Assembly (NCBI GenBank): GCA_035527755.1
Contig: DATKZX010000006.1
Span: 26,057 to 90,056 of the forward strand
Length of the DNA stretch: 64,000 nucleotides
Source of the DNA: Methanomassiliicoccales archaeon
Lineage (GTDB): Archaea > Thermoplasmatota > Thermoplasmata > Methanomassiliicoccales > UBA472
Reading direction: 5' to 3'
In this document: in pieces, positions 9,276-17,889 of the stretch
How positions within the stretch are numbered: the first letter of the stretch is position 1
Layout of the letters: every line of letters starts with the position of its first letter
Program-made: the position numbers and the translations under genes
Notes under the pieces: model-generated
Database searches by the model: none
Seen by the model: only the letters and a program-made list of their open reading frames with translations
What the model was told of the DNA's origin: nothing

Positions 9276-10652
9276 TTACTTTTCACTGAACTTTGACCAC
9301 ATCTCATGACGGTAAAGGGTCTTGCCTTCCTGCGAGTTGATATTGAACAAGCAGAACGGTATCAGCTTTCCATCCGGTGTCACGGTGTGAATGCAACAGT
9401 TACGGAAACGCTCCGTCTCTGAGGTCCAAGCATCCTGGAAGGCCATGGTGCTCACCGTCAGATAATTGGTCTTGGCCCGGTCCACGAAGGACCCCCACTC
9501 GTTGACCTCCTCACCCTCTTCTTCGATCTTCAGCGAATCCTCGATGAAGCGCCACAGATCGGAGATCTCCGTTCTGGTCTTGGTGGCGATAGCTTTGGTA
9601 TCCTTGGGAGGACCTAATGCCCTGCTGGTAAGGGGGAAGAGCGAACCATCCTCCATGACCACCGACATCGACTTGGCGTCACAGTGGACGTTGGAGCAGG
9701 ACGTGGGAACGAAACTGTCCACCGTAAGCTCACCGTTGGTCTGTTCTTCAATGGCCTTCAACAGATCGGGTATGGTGACCCGGTCCTCGTCCTTGGGAGA
9801 GATGGGGAAGCGCCCGAAGTACGATATCGGTTGGAAGTGCACCCCCTTGATGGTCGGGACCTTTGATTTGGCGAAGTTGATGACCTCCCCGACCCGGTCC
9901 AGATTGATGTTAGGGGAGACCACGCACACCAGGGTGATGCCCATGCCCACCTTCTCGCAGTTCTCGATGCACTTGAGCTTCTGAGCTAATATGTCACGGC
10001 CGCAGGTCTGTTTGTATATGTCGCCGTGCAATCCGTCGAAAGAGAAGTAAAGCGAGTCTACACCGGCGTCCTTGATCGTCTGCAGGAACTCGATGTCCTC
10101 GGCGAATCGTATGCCGTTAGTGTTGACCTCGATGTGATCGATGCCCATGACCTTGCCCATGCGGACGATCTCCGGCAGATCGTCGCGAATGGTCGGCTCA
10201 CCGCCGCTGATCTGCACGCAAATGGGGTGATCCACATAGTCCAGCATTGTCTGGTACATGCCCTTTATGACCTCGATCGAAGGGCTGAACTTGTAACGCT
10301 CATTGGCGCTGGCAAAGCACACTGGACACTTCAGATTGCAGCCGTTGGTGATCTCCATGACCACCAGGCAGGTGTGTTGCACGTGATCGGGGCACAATCC
10401 GCAGATCTGCGGGCAATTGTTGTCCTCCTTGACGGCCAAACGCAGGGGCTTTGACTGCACCGCCGCGTACCTCTTCATGTCCTCGTAATCTGCCACGCCC
10501 CTCCAGATAAGCACCTTCTCAGTACCGTGCTCTGGGCATTCCTTCAGCAGATATACCTTGTCGTCCTCGGCTATCTTGGTAGCGGGGACGGTCTTCAGGC
10601 ATTTGGGGCAGAGACTGTTCGTATGACCAATGACCTCGCTCATATTGTTCAC
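9276..10652 (-). CDS. radical SAM protein with an N-terminal zinc-ribbon and an extra Cys cluster (MJ0619 / tetraether-lipid-synthase-like architecture)
   Basis: Radical SAM motif GCNLKCPVCFA (CX3CX2C), preceded by CPQICGLCPDHVQHTC and by an N-terminal CPKCLK...ECPEHG ribbon. 458 aa. The specific function is inferred only from this architecture. Confidence 0.85.
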   Translation of the reverse strand: MNNMSEVIGHTNSLCPKCLKTVPATKIAEDDKVYLLKECPEHGTEKVLIWRGVADYEDMKRYAAVQSKPLRLAVKEDNNCPQICGLCPDHVQHTCLVVMEITNGCNLKCPVCFASANERYKFSPSIEVIKGMYQTMLDYVDHPICVQISGGEPTIRDDLPEIVRMGKVMGIDHIEVNTNGIRFAEDIEFLQTIKDAGVDSLYFSFDGLHGDIYKQTCGRDILAQKLKCIENCEKVGMGITLVCVVSPNINLDRVGEVINFAKSKVPTIKGVHFQPISYFGRFPISPKDEDRVTIPDLLKAIEEQTNGELTVDSFVPTSCSNVHCDAKSMSVVMEDGSLFPLTSRALGPPKDTKAIATKTRTEISDLWRFIEDSLKIEEEGEEVNEWGSFVDRAKTNYLTVSTMAFQDAWTSETERFRNCCIHTVTPDGKLIPFCLFNINSQEGKTLYRHEMWSKFSEK

Positions 10653-10721
10653 CGGAATAATTTACGTGAATGGCATGCGACACTATTCTACTTTTGCCAA
10701 ATAATGGATAATGCTCGCGCC

Positions 10722-10763
10722 CATTGAAAAAAAATGAAAATGAAAGGCCGCGTTTAGCGGCCT
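10722..10763 (-). terminator. hairpin plus T-run downstream of the 149-aa gene
   Basis: The minus-strand transcript reads AGGCCGC-TAAAC-GCGGCCT followed by TTCATTTTCATTTTTTTT, starting 10 nt after the stop at 10773. Confidence 0.5.
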
Positions 10764-10772
10764 GAAAATGTT

Positions 10773-11222
10773 TTAAGCGCGCTTCTGTTCGAAGAGACCC
10801 TCTGCGGCAGCCAAGGTCTTGGTGGCGAGGTATTCCTCGACCCAAGCCTCGCCGCAGGCCGGACAGATCAGAGCGGGGCCGTTCCTCTTGACGGTCATGT
10901 ACTCGATCTCTACGTGGCCAGCTGCGATGGCGTGTCCCTTGTCGGCGGACTTCCACTCGGTCTCGCCCATGACGTTGACGATCTTGCCCAGCTTCATCTT
11001 GTGAGCATAGGCGCTCTTGACCACGGCAGTGCCGTTGCCAGAAAGGTCGCACAAAGCGTACACGGTGAGGTCACCGATGACCTTCTTGGCCAAACCGTCA
11101 GTTCCCTTCTTCAGGTAGTGGTTGGTCTGGGCAGCGGTGTTCACGACATCCAAGACGTCGGACTCCTTCAGGCCCCTCTTCGCAATCAGTTCCTTAACGT
11201 TGTCTGGTATAGTTACTTGCAT
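10773..11222 (-). CDS. hypothetical 149-aa protein with a C-terminal CPACG motif, co-transcribed with the MtaA-like gene
   Basis: ATG at 11222 preceded by GGTGA, 10 nt after the stop of the upstream gene. Sequence: MQVTIPDNVKELIAKRGLKESDVLDVV...ICPACGEAWVEEYL. The track ORF start at 11354 overlaps the upstream gene and I rejected it. Confidence 0.6.
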   Translation of the reverse strand: MQVTIPDNVKELIAKRGLKESDVLDVVNTAAQTNHYLKKGTDGLAKKVIGDLTVYALCDLSGNGTAVVKSAYAHKMKLGKIVNVMGETEWKSADKGHAIAAGHVEIEYMTVKRNGPALICPACGEAWVEEYLATKTLAAAEGLFEQKRA

Positions 11223-11232
11223 TTTTTTCACC

Positions 11233-12363
11233 TCACCAGGTTCCGTAGGTACCGAAGTCCCTAGCCGCCTTGACCAAGGCCAACATTTGTCCCGGTATGG
11301 TGTACGGAGGGGTCTCACAAGAGGTACCCAGAATGTAACCCTTCTTTGAGTCACGGCCAGCGAGCAATTGCTCCTTGGCCTGGTTGTAGACCTTGTTCGG
11401 GTTGGGGTCGATCATAAGCTTGGTATCTACCGAGCCCATGCAGGTCGCCTTGTCTGCGAAGGTCTCCTTCAGCAGAGCGGACGGGAATACATTCCTGCCC
11501 TGGTAACCAGCGTGTATCACGGTGAACGGGGACCACATCAGGCCGTCCTTGAACAGCTTGTAGTCGGTCTCATGGTTACCGCACAGGTGATAGAACACCT
11601 GAGGTCCGGCGCCCCTCTTGAAGCACTGGTCCACATAGTAGTACATGTTCTTCACAGAGTACTCTTCGACCGCATCGTCGCTGAAGATATCGTTGTTGGC
11701 CAGCACGGACCCGACGATCAACATCGCCATACCGTACTTGTCGGCCAACGCCTCAGCGCCATTTACGGCGGTGTCGGTGTACTTCCGAACCAGCTTGTTA
11801 GCTGCTTCCGGCTCGGTGAAGGTCCACATGATGAAGTTCTCCACACCCACCATCTCAGCTGCCGCGCCCACTAGGTCGAAACCATATGAGATCGGCACCA
11901 AGGTCATGGGAAGGTTCTTCGCCACGTAGTCGTAGATCTTGTAGAACAGAGGTACAGTCGCGTGAGCTCCTGTCTTGCCTATCAGCTCTTCCTTGCTGGG
12001 TACGTGCATCTTGTCGATGTCTTCCGGGTCCGAATATATCGGTCCGGTAGAGATCGGCGGCAAGGTCTCTTTATAGACCAGCTTAAGACCCAATTCAGTG
12101 ACCCACGGTAACGAAAAGAACCAGTGTGTAACTGGCAGTAGGTCAAAGAGGTGGGAGATATAGCCGACGCAGTGTATACCCAACTCAGGCTTCTCATAGA
12201 AGTCCCTTATGGTGTATCCGCAGGCCACAGCGGCGTTGGACAAGATGATCGGGTCCACGTCTATGCGGTCGTGCGGGGTATCCACAAAGGGGCTTGCAAA
12301 TCTTTTAGCGGCATTACCATGCCACTTGCTATCCATGGGTGGAAATATTTCTTCGTATCCCAT
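11233..12363 (-). CDS. uroporphyrinogen decarboxylase (URO-D) family methyltransferase, MtaA/MtbA-like
   Basis: URO-D-like fold length (376 aa) with the zinc-ligand pattern of methylcobamide:CoM methyltransferases: FYHLCGNHE (H-x-C) and a downstream GTSCETP Cys. Confidence 0.6.
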   Translation of the reverse strand: MGYEEIFPPMDSKWHGNAAKRFASPFVDTPHDRIDVDPIILSNAAVACGYTIRDFYEKPELGIHCVGYISHLFDLLPVTHWFFSLPWVTELGLKLVYKETLPPISTGPIYSDPEDIDKMHVPSKEELIGKTGAHATVPLFYKIYDYVAKNLPMTLVPISYGFDLVGAAAEMVGVENFIMWTFTEPEAANKLVRKYTDTAVNGAEALADKYGMAMLIVGSVLANNDIFSDDAVEEYSVKNMYYYVDQCFKRGAGPQVFYHLCGNHETDYKLFKDGLMWSPFTVIHAGYQGRNVFPSALLKETFADKATCMGSVDTKLMIDPNPNKVYNQAKEQLLAGRDSKKGYILGTSCETPPYTIPGQMLALVKAARDFGTYGTW

Positions 12364-12570
12364 TGAAATCCCCGTCCACTAACAGTAATTGACCGTATAT
12401 AATGATTGTTGATGGCCTACGCAACAACGTTACATTAACAGTACTGAAAATAGTAGTAAATACAAAAAAATTGCATAAATATGGTAATTAATTAAAATAA
12501 TTTACAATAAATGCGTAATTTTAATTCAATCACCTTTCTGATTAATACCTGTTTGGTCCCGCATGTGATC

Positions 12571-13395
12571 TTAGGCCAGCCGTTGATATGCCGCTACGAA
12601 CAGGAACACACCGGCAGCGGTGAAGACGATGACCCCGCTTGTGGCCACGTTGAACAGGGCGGATAGCATGATGCCTATTGAAGAGGCGAATATGCCGAAG
12701 ATCGTGGAGGCGATCAGCGTGCTCTTGAAAGAGCGGTGAAGTTGCAGGGCGGTCAACCCGGGGAGCACCATCAGCGCCACCACCAATATGATCCCTATGA
12801 CCTTTATGCTGAGGGCGATGGTCACCGCCACTAGCAGGTTGAAGGCCATCGTCAGTCCTTGTACGGGAATGCCCTGGAGCTTGGCACCGTCCTCGTCGAA
12901 GGTCACAGCCAGCATCTCCTTGTAGAAGAACACCATGAAACCGATGATGCTCAACGCCAGAACGAACAGGACCAGTACGTCATTGGTGTCGAGGGTGAGT
13001 ATGGAACCGAACAGGTAGCTGAACAATTCCACATTGAAACCGTTGGCCATGGATATGATTATGATGCCCAGAGAGAAGCCCATGGACAACATGACGGCTA
13101 TGGCCGAATCGGATTGGGCCATACCTCTGCGCCTCATGTATGTGATGGCGTAGACCGCCACCGTTGAGACCGCCAGGGCGCCCAGCATAGGTTCGATTCC
13201 CAGGAAAAGACCGAGGGCCACCCCGCCGAACGCGGTGTGGGCCACACCATCCACCAACATCGATTCCTTTCTGAGGATGAGGAACAGACCGATCCATGAG
13301 GATACCACAGCGGCCAGAACCCCGCCGATCAATGCCAGTACGAAGAACTGGTATTGGAAAAGGGAAGGAAGGTCGAAGAGATCAAAGCTGCTCAT
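12571..13395 (-). CDS. metal (Zn/Mn/Fe/Ni-type) ABC transporter permease, ABC-3 family
   Basis: 274 aa with 8-9 TM helices and a ZnuB/TroD-like sequence. Overlaps the ATPase gene by 14 nt. Confidence 0.85.
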   Translation of the reverse strand: MSSFDLFDLPSLFQYQFFVLALIGGVLAAVVSSWIGLFLILRKESMLVDGVAHTAFGGVALGLFLGIEPMLGALAVSTVAVYAITYMRRRGMAQSDSAIAVMLSMGFSLGIIIISMANGFNVELFSYLFGSILTLDTNDVLVLFVLALSIIGFMVFFYKEMLAVTFDEDGAKLQGIPVQGLTMAFNLLVAVTIALSIKVIGIILVVALMVLPGLTALQLHRSFKSTLIASTIFGIFASSIGIMLSALFNVATSGVIVFTAAGVFLFVAAYQRLA

Positions 13396-14170
13396 CGACG
13401 AACACCCCCTGGCACTTATGCTGATGGAAGGCGAAGTGGAAATGTTCGCCGTATCCTTTCTTCAGTACAGCATCCGGGACCGTCCCATCCGATATCTCGC
13501 TACTGTGCACCTCCTTGTTCACACAAAGCACTCTGGACATGCGGCAGAACACCGCTGCTAGATCATGGGACACTATGAGGATCGTCAGACCTTTCTTCTG
13601 ATTAAGGTTGCTCAATTGCATGAAGAACTTCTCCTGGGTGACGGGATCAAAACCAGTAACTGGCTCATCCAGGACCAGAAGCTCAGGTTCACTGACAAGT
13701 GATTTGGCTACAAAGGCCCTCTGCCGCTGCCCCCCGGACAACCGGCCGATCCTTTTATTCGCCAGATCGGAAATGCTCATGATGTCCAAGGCCTCATTGA
13801 CCGCCTTCCAATCATCCTTGTTCCGGAATCGTCCCAGGTTACTGCGGTTGATCCTCCCCAGCCCCACCAGCTCCCGGACGGTCAATGGAAATTGGGAATC
13901 AAAGTTGATGGCAAATTGTGAGACGTACCCTACCTTGTCCCATTGATGGAAGGACTCTATGTCCTGCCCCATGATTTTGACGCTGCCAGATTCCTTGGGC
14001 AGAAGTCCGAGCAGGGCAAGCACCAAGGTCGTTTTGCCACCACCGTTAGGACCGACGATGCCGACGTAATCACCCTTGTTGATGATGAAGGAGGCATTGG
14101 ATATGGCCTCGGAAGTGCCCCGTTTGACCGTTAGGCCCTGCACGTCGATTATAGGACCCGTGACCGGCAT
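13382..14170 (-). CDS. metal ABC transporter ATP-binding protein (ZnuC/TroB-like)
   Basis: Walker A GPNGGGKTT, signature LSGGQRQR, Walker B LLVLDEP. Confidence 0.9.
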   Translation of the reverse strand: MPVTGPIIDVQGLTVKRGTSEAISNASFIINKGDYVGIVGPNGGGKTTLVLALLGLLPKESGSVKIMGQDIESFHQWDKVGYVSQFAINFDSQFPLTVRELVGLGRINRSNLGRFRNKDDWKAVNEALDIMSISDLANKRIGRLSGGQRQRAFVAKSLVSEPELLVLDEPVTGFDPVTQEKFFMQLSNLNQKKGLTILIVSHDLAAVFCRMSRVLCVNKEVHSSEISDGTVPDAVLKKGYGEHFHFAFHQHKCQGVFVDEQL

Positions 14171-14171
14171 C

Positions 14172-15104
14172 TCAGGCCACTCCTAGCCCGGTCTTGAGAT
14201 TGATCAGGTTCTGGGACAGTTGCCCCAGGTAATCCACGTCCTCGTACGGTCCCAGCATAAGGAAGAGGTCCAGCACAAGGACCTCGTGTCCGGTCCTGGA
14301 CGCCAGCTCCGTACTGAGAATGGAAACGTAATCCTGATTGTACACTGGGTCCACGTAGACGGTGAAGATGCTCTGGTCCTGCATGAGGTCCACCAAATGG
14401 GCGATGGCGCTGGCCGAGGGCTCCTCGTCCGCGCTTAGGCCGATGACGCCGTGCTGTTCAAACCCATAGTCGTGGGCCACATAGCCGAAGGCTGCGTGGG
14501 AGACGATAATTGCTGAGACGTTGCTTTCAGCGAGAAGCATGTATTGATCATGAAGTTGTGCAAGAGTTTGATCCAGAACGGTGAACCTCTGCTCGAAGTA
14601 AGCAGCGCCCTCGGGATCGGCCTCGCTCAACGCATTGAAAACGTTCTGCGCCTGTATGCGAGCTTGGTTTGGGCTTAACCAGGTGTGCGGATCGATTCCT
14701 CCGTCGTCCTCATCGCCCCCCTGAATGAACACCACCCCTACCGTGGTGTTCACCAATAACTTGTCATCGCTGCCTATGGAAGGCAGAACATCCGTGACCA
14801 GCCAGGCATCGGCAGGTCCGCCGTTATAGAGAATTATGTCAGCCTTGTCGGCCTCGATCAGGTCTTGAGGCGACGGCTGCCAGGAATGAAGTTCAGAATT
14901 ATAGGGGACCAGGGACGACACCGTCACCCTCTCCCCACCTATGCTATCGGCCATATAGGCCAGGGGATAAAAGGTGGCCACTACCTGAATGCGGTCATCT
15001 TCCCCGGACGTTCCCTTCAGCAGAGTGGACGCTGCGATGAGCAAGACCGCCACGATCACTGCCACGATCACCAAGATGAGCTGCTTCCGGTTCATTGTTC
15101 CCAA
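14172..15104 (-). CDS. metal ABC transporter substrate-binding protein (TroA/ZnuA cluster)
   Basis: N-terminal membrane anchor (LILVIVAVIVAVLLIAAS), the IDPHTWLSP motif and a two-lobe size (310 aa). Confidence 0.85.
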   Translation of the reverse strand: MGTMNRKQLILVIVAVIVAVLLIAASTLLKGTSGEDDRIQVVATFYPLAYMADSIGGERVTVSSLVPYNSELHSWQPSPQDLIEADKADIILYNGGPADAWLVTDVLPSIGSDDKLLVNTTVGVVFIQGGDEDDGGIDPHTWLSPNQARIQAQNVFNALSEADPEGAAYFEQRFTVLDQTLAQLHDQYMLLAESNVSAIIVSHAAFGYVAHDYGFEQHGVIGLSADEEPSASAIAHLVDLMQDQSIFTVYVDPVYNQDYVSILSTELASRTGHEVLVLDLFLMLGPYEDVDYLGQLSQNLINLKTGLGVA

Positions 15105-15123
15105 TATTGTTATATCGAGCTAC

Positions 15124-15135
15124 TTAATAACATTT
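15124..15135. promoter_or_regulatory. 12-nt motif TTAATAACATTT, copy 1 (candidate operator in the ABC importer promoter)
   Basis: Exact 12-mer, repeated at 15282-15293. It lies 20-31 nt upstream of the substrate-binding protein start (15104, minus strand). Confidence 0.3.
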
Positions 15136-15281
15136 TCTGATTTAATTATTAATTATATTGCTTGGGCCGAACTCCATATTGCTAAATAATGGATTTCTTA
15201 AATCTTACTGGTATATCTAATGCGAGCGGAGAACGACCATATTTTACATTATTAAGGAATATTCATAAACTTATATAGTTG

Positions 15282-15293
15282 TTAATAACATTT
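15282..15293. promoter_or_regulatory. 12-nt motif TTAATAACATTT, copy 2 (candidate autoregulatory operator of nikR)
   Basis: Exact copy of 15124-15135. It lies between a TATA-like TTATATA (15271-15277) and the nikR ATG at 15303. Confidence 0.3.
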
Positions 15294-15302
15294 ACATTCG
15301 AA

Positions 15303-15686
15303 ATGCCCATCATCAGCATATCCCTGACCGACAAGAACGTGGAGGACCTCGAGACCTTGCAGAAGGAACTGGGGTTCACAGGCCGTTCAGAGGCCGTCCG
15401 GGCGGCCATGCGCACCCTCATGGCGGAGAACAGCGAGAGACGTTCGATGGCCGGGCTGGTGGATGGCGTGCTGATATTGGTCAACGACACCTGCGCCTCG
15501 GGTCCCATACACGATATCTATCATGACAATCACCCACTGATCAAGACCCATGTGCACAATCACCTGGGCAATGACAAGTGCATGAACATGATGGTGCTCA
15601 GCGGTCAAGCCCCGGAGATCAATGTATTGCTGGACCAGATGTTCCGATTGGATGGCATCGCCTATCTTAAATTCATTCGTTCTTGA
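15303..15686 (+). CDS. nikR: NikR-family (ribbon-helix-helix + ACT-like) nickel-responsive regulator
   Basis: N-terminal RHH MPIISISLTDKNVEDLETLQKELGFTGRSEAVRAAMR. The C-terminal domain has His/Cys residues (HDIYHDNHPLIKTHVHNHLGNDKC). Divergent from the metal ABC operon. I prefer ATG 15303 to the TTG at 15279. Confidence 0.8.
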   Translation: MPIISISLTDKNVEDLETLQKELGFTGRSEAVRAAMRTLMAENSERRSMAGLVDGVLILVNDTCASGPIHDIYHDNHPLIKTHVHNHLGNDKCMNMMVLSGQAPEINVLLDQMFRLDGIAYLKFIRS

Positions 15687-17043
15687 ACTTTTCCACCGGG
15701 AAATCGTTCCTCTTCCAGGCCTGGAAGCCCCCCAGCATGATCCCGACGTTCTTTATCCCGCTGTTCCTTAGGAGGCTGGCGGCGATGCCGCCCCGGTAGC
15801 CGGAGCCGCAGAACAGAACCAGTTCCCGATCCGCCGGCAGTTCTGAAGATCGCTTGATCAATTCTCCGAGATGCAGGACCTTGGCCCCGGGGATCGCTCC
15901 GTCCTCCAGCTCTCTCCGGTCCCGGAGGTCCACGAGCAGCATATTTACCCCGGTCAACTGTTTTGCCCTGATCTCCTGTACCGAGTAGGCGGGTAGGGAC
16001 GAGAGCGGATGTCCCCCCTTGATCCATGCCCCCATACCATGTCTCAGTTGTCCGATGACATCTTCGTAACCCAAACGAACAAGATATCTGACAGCGGTGC
16101 GAACGTGCTCTGAGCTCTCGCCCACCAGGACCAGTGGGCGACCGTATGGGATTGCGTACCCGCCGTAAACGGGAAGTCCATCAAGCCAAACGTTCAGCGA
16201 GCGAGGAATGTGCGCCGCGGCGTAGCTGTGCGGTTCCCTCAGGTCCAGGACCAGTGAGCCCTCTCCCTGGGACTCCTGTACCTGCTTGGGCCTCATCGAT
16301 GGCGGTATCGGCAACGGTCCCAGGATGATGGGTCCTTGAAGGTTGAGCGCCTCCATCCGTTCGAAGTAGGGCGGTTTCTCCATTACCTCGGCCATCTTGC
16401 CCATGACAAAGTCCATGCGCGAAAGGGCCAGTATCCGGTTGTCCCTTACTTCCAGACCGATGGTGGTCGTCTCCCTGTCGCTGATGGCATGCCCGCAGAC
16501 CGAACCGGCGCCGTGGGCAGGAAGCACCATTATCTCTTTCCCCAGGGGCAGGACACGGCGCTGCAGGGTCTCGTACAGCATCTCGGTCAGTTCCCTAACG
16601 TGTTCCGGACCAGCCAGGTCGGTGCGCCCTACGTCCCCGGAGAGCATGGTGTCACCAGAGAACAGCATGAACGGTCCGCGCTTGTCCGCTACCAGGTAGC
16701 TATGGCTCTCGTACGTATGCCCCGGGGTGTGCAGGGCAGTGATCATCAGATCGCCCAGAACGAAATCCTGTCCGTCATTCAACGGATTGCCGTAACCGAA
16801 CTCCAGCTGTCCTCCGTGGTAGATGCCAGCGCCCGTAGCGTTGGCCAGCTCCAATGCCCCGGAGACGTAATCCTCGTTGCGGTGGGTCTCCAGGACCAGG
16901 ACGATCCTGGCCCCCCTCGAACGCGACAGTTCCAGGTATTCGTCGACGTCCCGGCGGGGGTCGATGACCGCTGCCTCTCCGTTCGACTCCATGAAGTAGG
17001 AGATGTGCGCCAACCCCTCGGACCTGACCCTTTTGATGAACAT
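15673..17043 (-). CDS. MBL-fold hydrolase fused to rhodanese domain(s) (persulfide dioxygenase/sulfurtransferase-like)
   Basis: Metallo-beta-lactamase region (LETHRNEDYVSG, HTPGHTYES) and a C-terminal rhodanese active-site loop CGSGYRG. 456 aa. Confidence 0.75.
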   Translation of the reverse strand: MFIKRVRSEGLAHISYFMESNGEAAVIDPRRDVDEYLELSRSRGARIVLVLETHRNEDYVSGALELANATGAGIYHGGQLEFGYGNPLNDGQDFVLGDLMITALHTPGHTYESHSYLVADKRGPFMLFSGDTMLSGDVGRTDLAGPEHVRELTEMLYETLQRRVLPLGKEIMVLPAHGAGSVCGHAISDRETTTIGLEVRDNRILALSRMDFVMGKMAEVMEKPPYFERMEALNLQGPIILGPLPIPPSMRPKQVQESQGEGSLVLDLREPHSYAAAHIPRSLNVWLDGLPVYGGYAIPYGRPLVLVGESSEHVRTAVRYLVRLGYEDVIGQLRHGMGAWIKGGHPLSSLPAYSVQEIRAKQLTGVNMLLVDLRDRRELEDGAIPGAKVLHLGELIKRSSELPADRELVLFCGSGYRGGIAASLLRNSGIKNVGIMLGGFQAWKRNDFPVEKFKNE

Positions 17044-17087
17044 CGTTACAGATACTTATGATCGAACGTCGGTAAATATTCCTTGCC

Positions 17088-17435
17088 TCATTTCCTTTTT
17101 GAAAAGCCGGCATCGGTCAACGCCTTTATGGCGTTTCTGGTCATCTCCAGCGGAATCAGTATGTGATCGTGTCTGTAAGTGGATATAACGAAAATAGGGA
17201 CCTTTTCCTCCATCAGGGCGGCCGACGCCCTCGCCAGTATCCCTATGAGACCCAGATCGAAAGGGCCCATGGTGATGCACACATAAGGTCCGACCGCCCC
17301 CTCCCCAGCCTTTGACGATATCACGGTGGCCTCGTCCCCCTCGTCCACTGTGGCGAAACGTGGTCCTTCGAAGAGCTCCCCCCGAGACAACCGATGAACG
17401 AACAGCGGAGGTTGGTCCATCCAGAATTGGATCAT
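17088..17435 (-). CDS. ACT-domain protein (ACT_7-like)
   Basis: 115 aa with GPFDLGLIGILARASAALMEEKVPIFVISTYRHDHILIP, the pattern I associate with ACT_7 small-ligand-binding domains. Confidence 0.5.
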   Translation of the reverse strand: MIQFWMDQPPLFVHRLSRGELFEGPRFATVDEGDEATVISSKAGEGAVGPYVCITMGPFDLGLIGILARASAALMEEKVPIFVISTYRHDHILIPLEMTRNAIKALTDAGFSKRK

Positions 17436-17554
17436 GTCCCCATAAACGATTTTTTCGATATTAATTTCCTCTCGCTCTTTTCAGAATCTAAGCCCAGGAA
17501 ATGTGATGGACCGCCCCACAATTACGCGGGCGGCGATATAAAATCGGAAATGGT

Positions 17555-17707
17555 TTAGTTCAATTTTCTCATGGGTCGCTTCCTGCGGTCCATGGGGCTT
17601 TTTACCTTATCACCAGAAGGCATCGGAACGTATGATCGACCAGGGGAGTTCGCCCTGCTGTCCTGAGATCGAACCGCCATACCGCATACGATAGTGTTCT
17701 GGTCCAT
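17555..17707 (-). CDS. possible small basic protein (50 aa), hypothetical
   Basis: Own translation: MDQNTIVCGMAVRSQDSRANSPGRSYVPMPSGDKVKSPMDRRKRPMRKLN. It is the only candidate in an otherwise unexplained 400-bp spacer (17436-17838). No RBS or family support. Confidence 0.2.
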   Translation of the reverse strand: MDQNTIVCGMAVRSQDSRANSPGRSYVPMPSGDKVKSPMDRRKRPMRKLN

Positions 17708-17889
17708 GCACCCCCTAGCGACCAGGAGGTATTTACAATATCGAGCGGGATCATTGAAAGTGAGCGAACTATCAGTAAGACCGCTCCAGTCTGGCCGTTA
17801 TATCATATATTTGAAAATCTCATGTAGGCGGTAGTTAATTGAGCAGGGAAGGACATGGTGAAAGGGCTGAGTCGTTCGGAGACACTGAT

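Noticed and set aside
10519-11052. 177-aa Arg-rich minus-strand ORF spanning the terminator region.
   Set aside because: It crosses the hairpin/T-run terminator and overlaps two better-supported genes in other frames. Its composition (RGRQ-rich) is shadow-like.
11233-12363. Possibility of an in-frame amber (pyrrolysine) codon, as in methylamine methyltransferases.
   Set aside because: The URO-D-family ORF is uninterrupted and belongs to the MtaA/MtbA-like class, which does not use pyrrolysine. I saw no MtmB/MtbB/MttB-like gene in the window.
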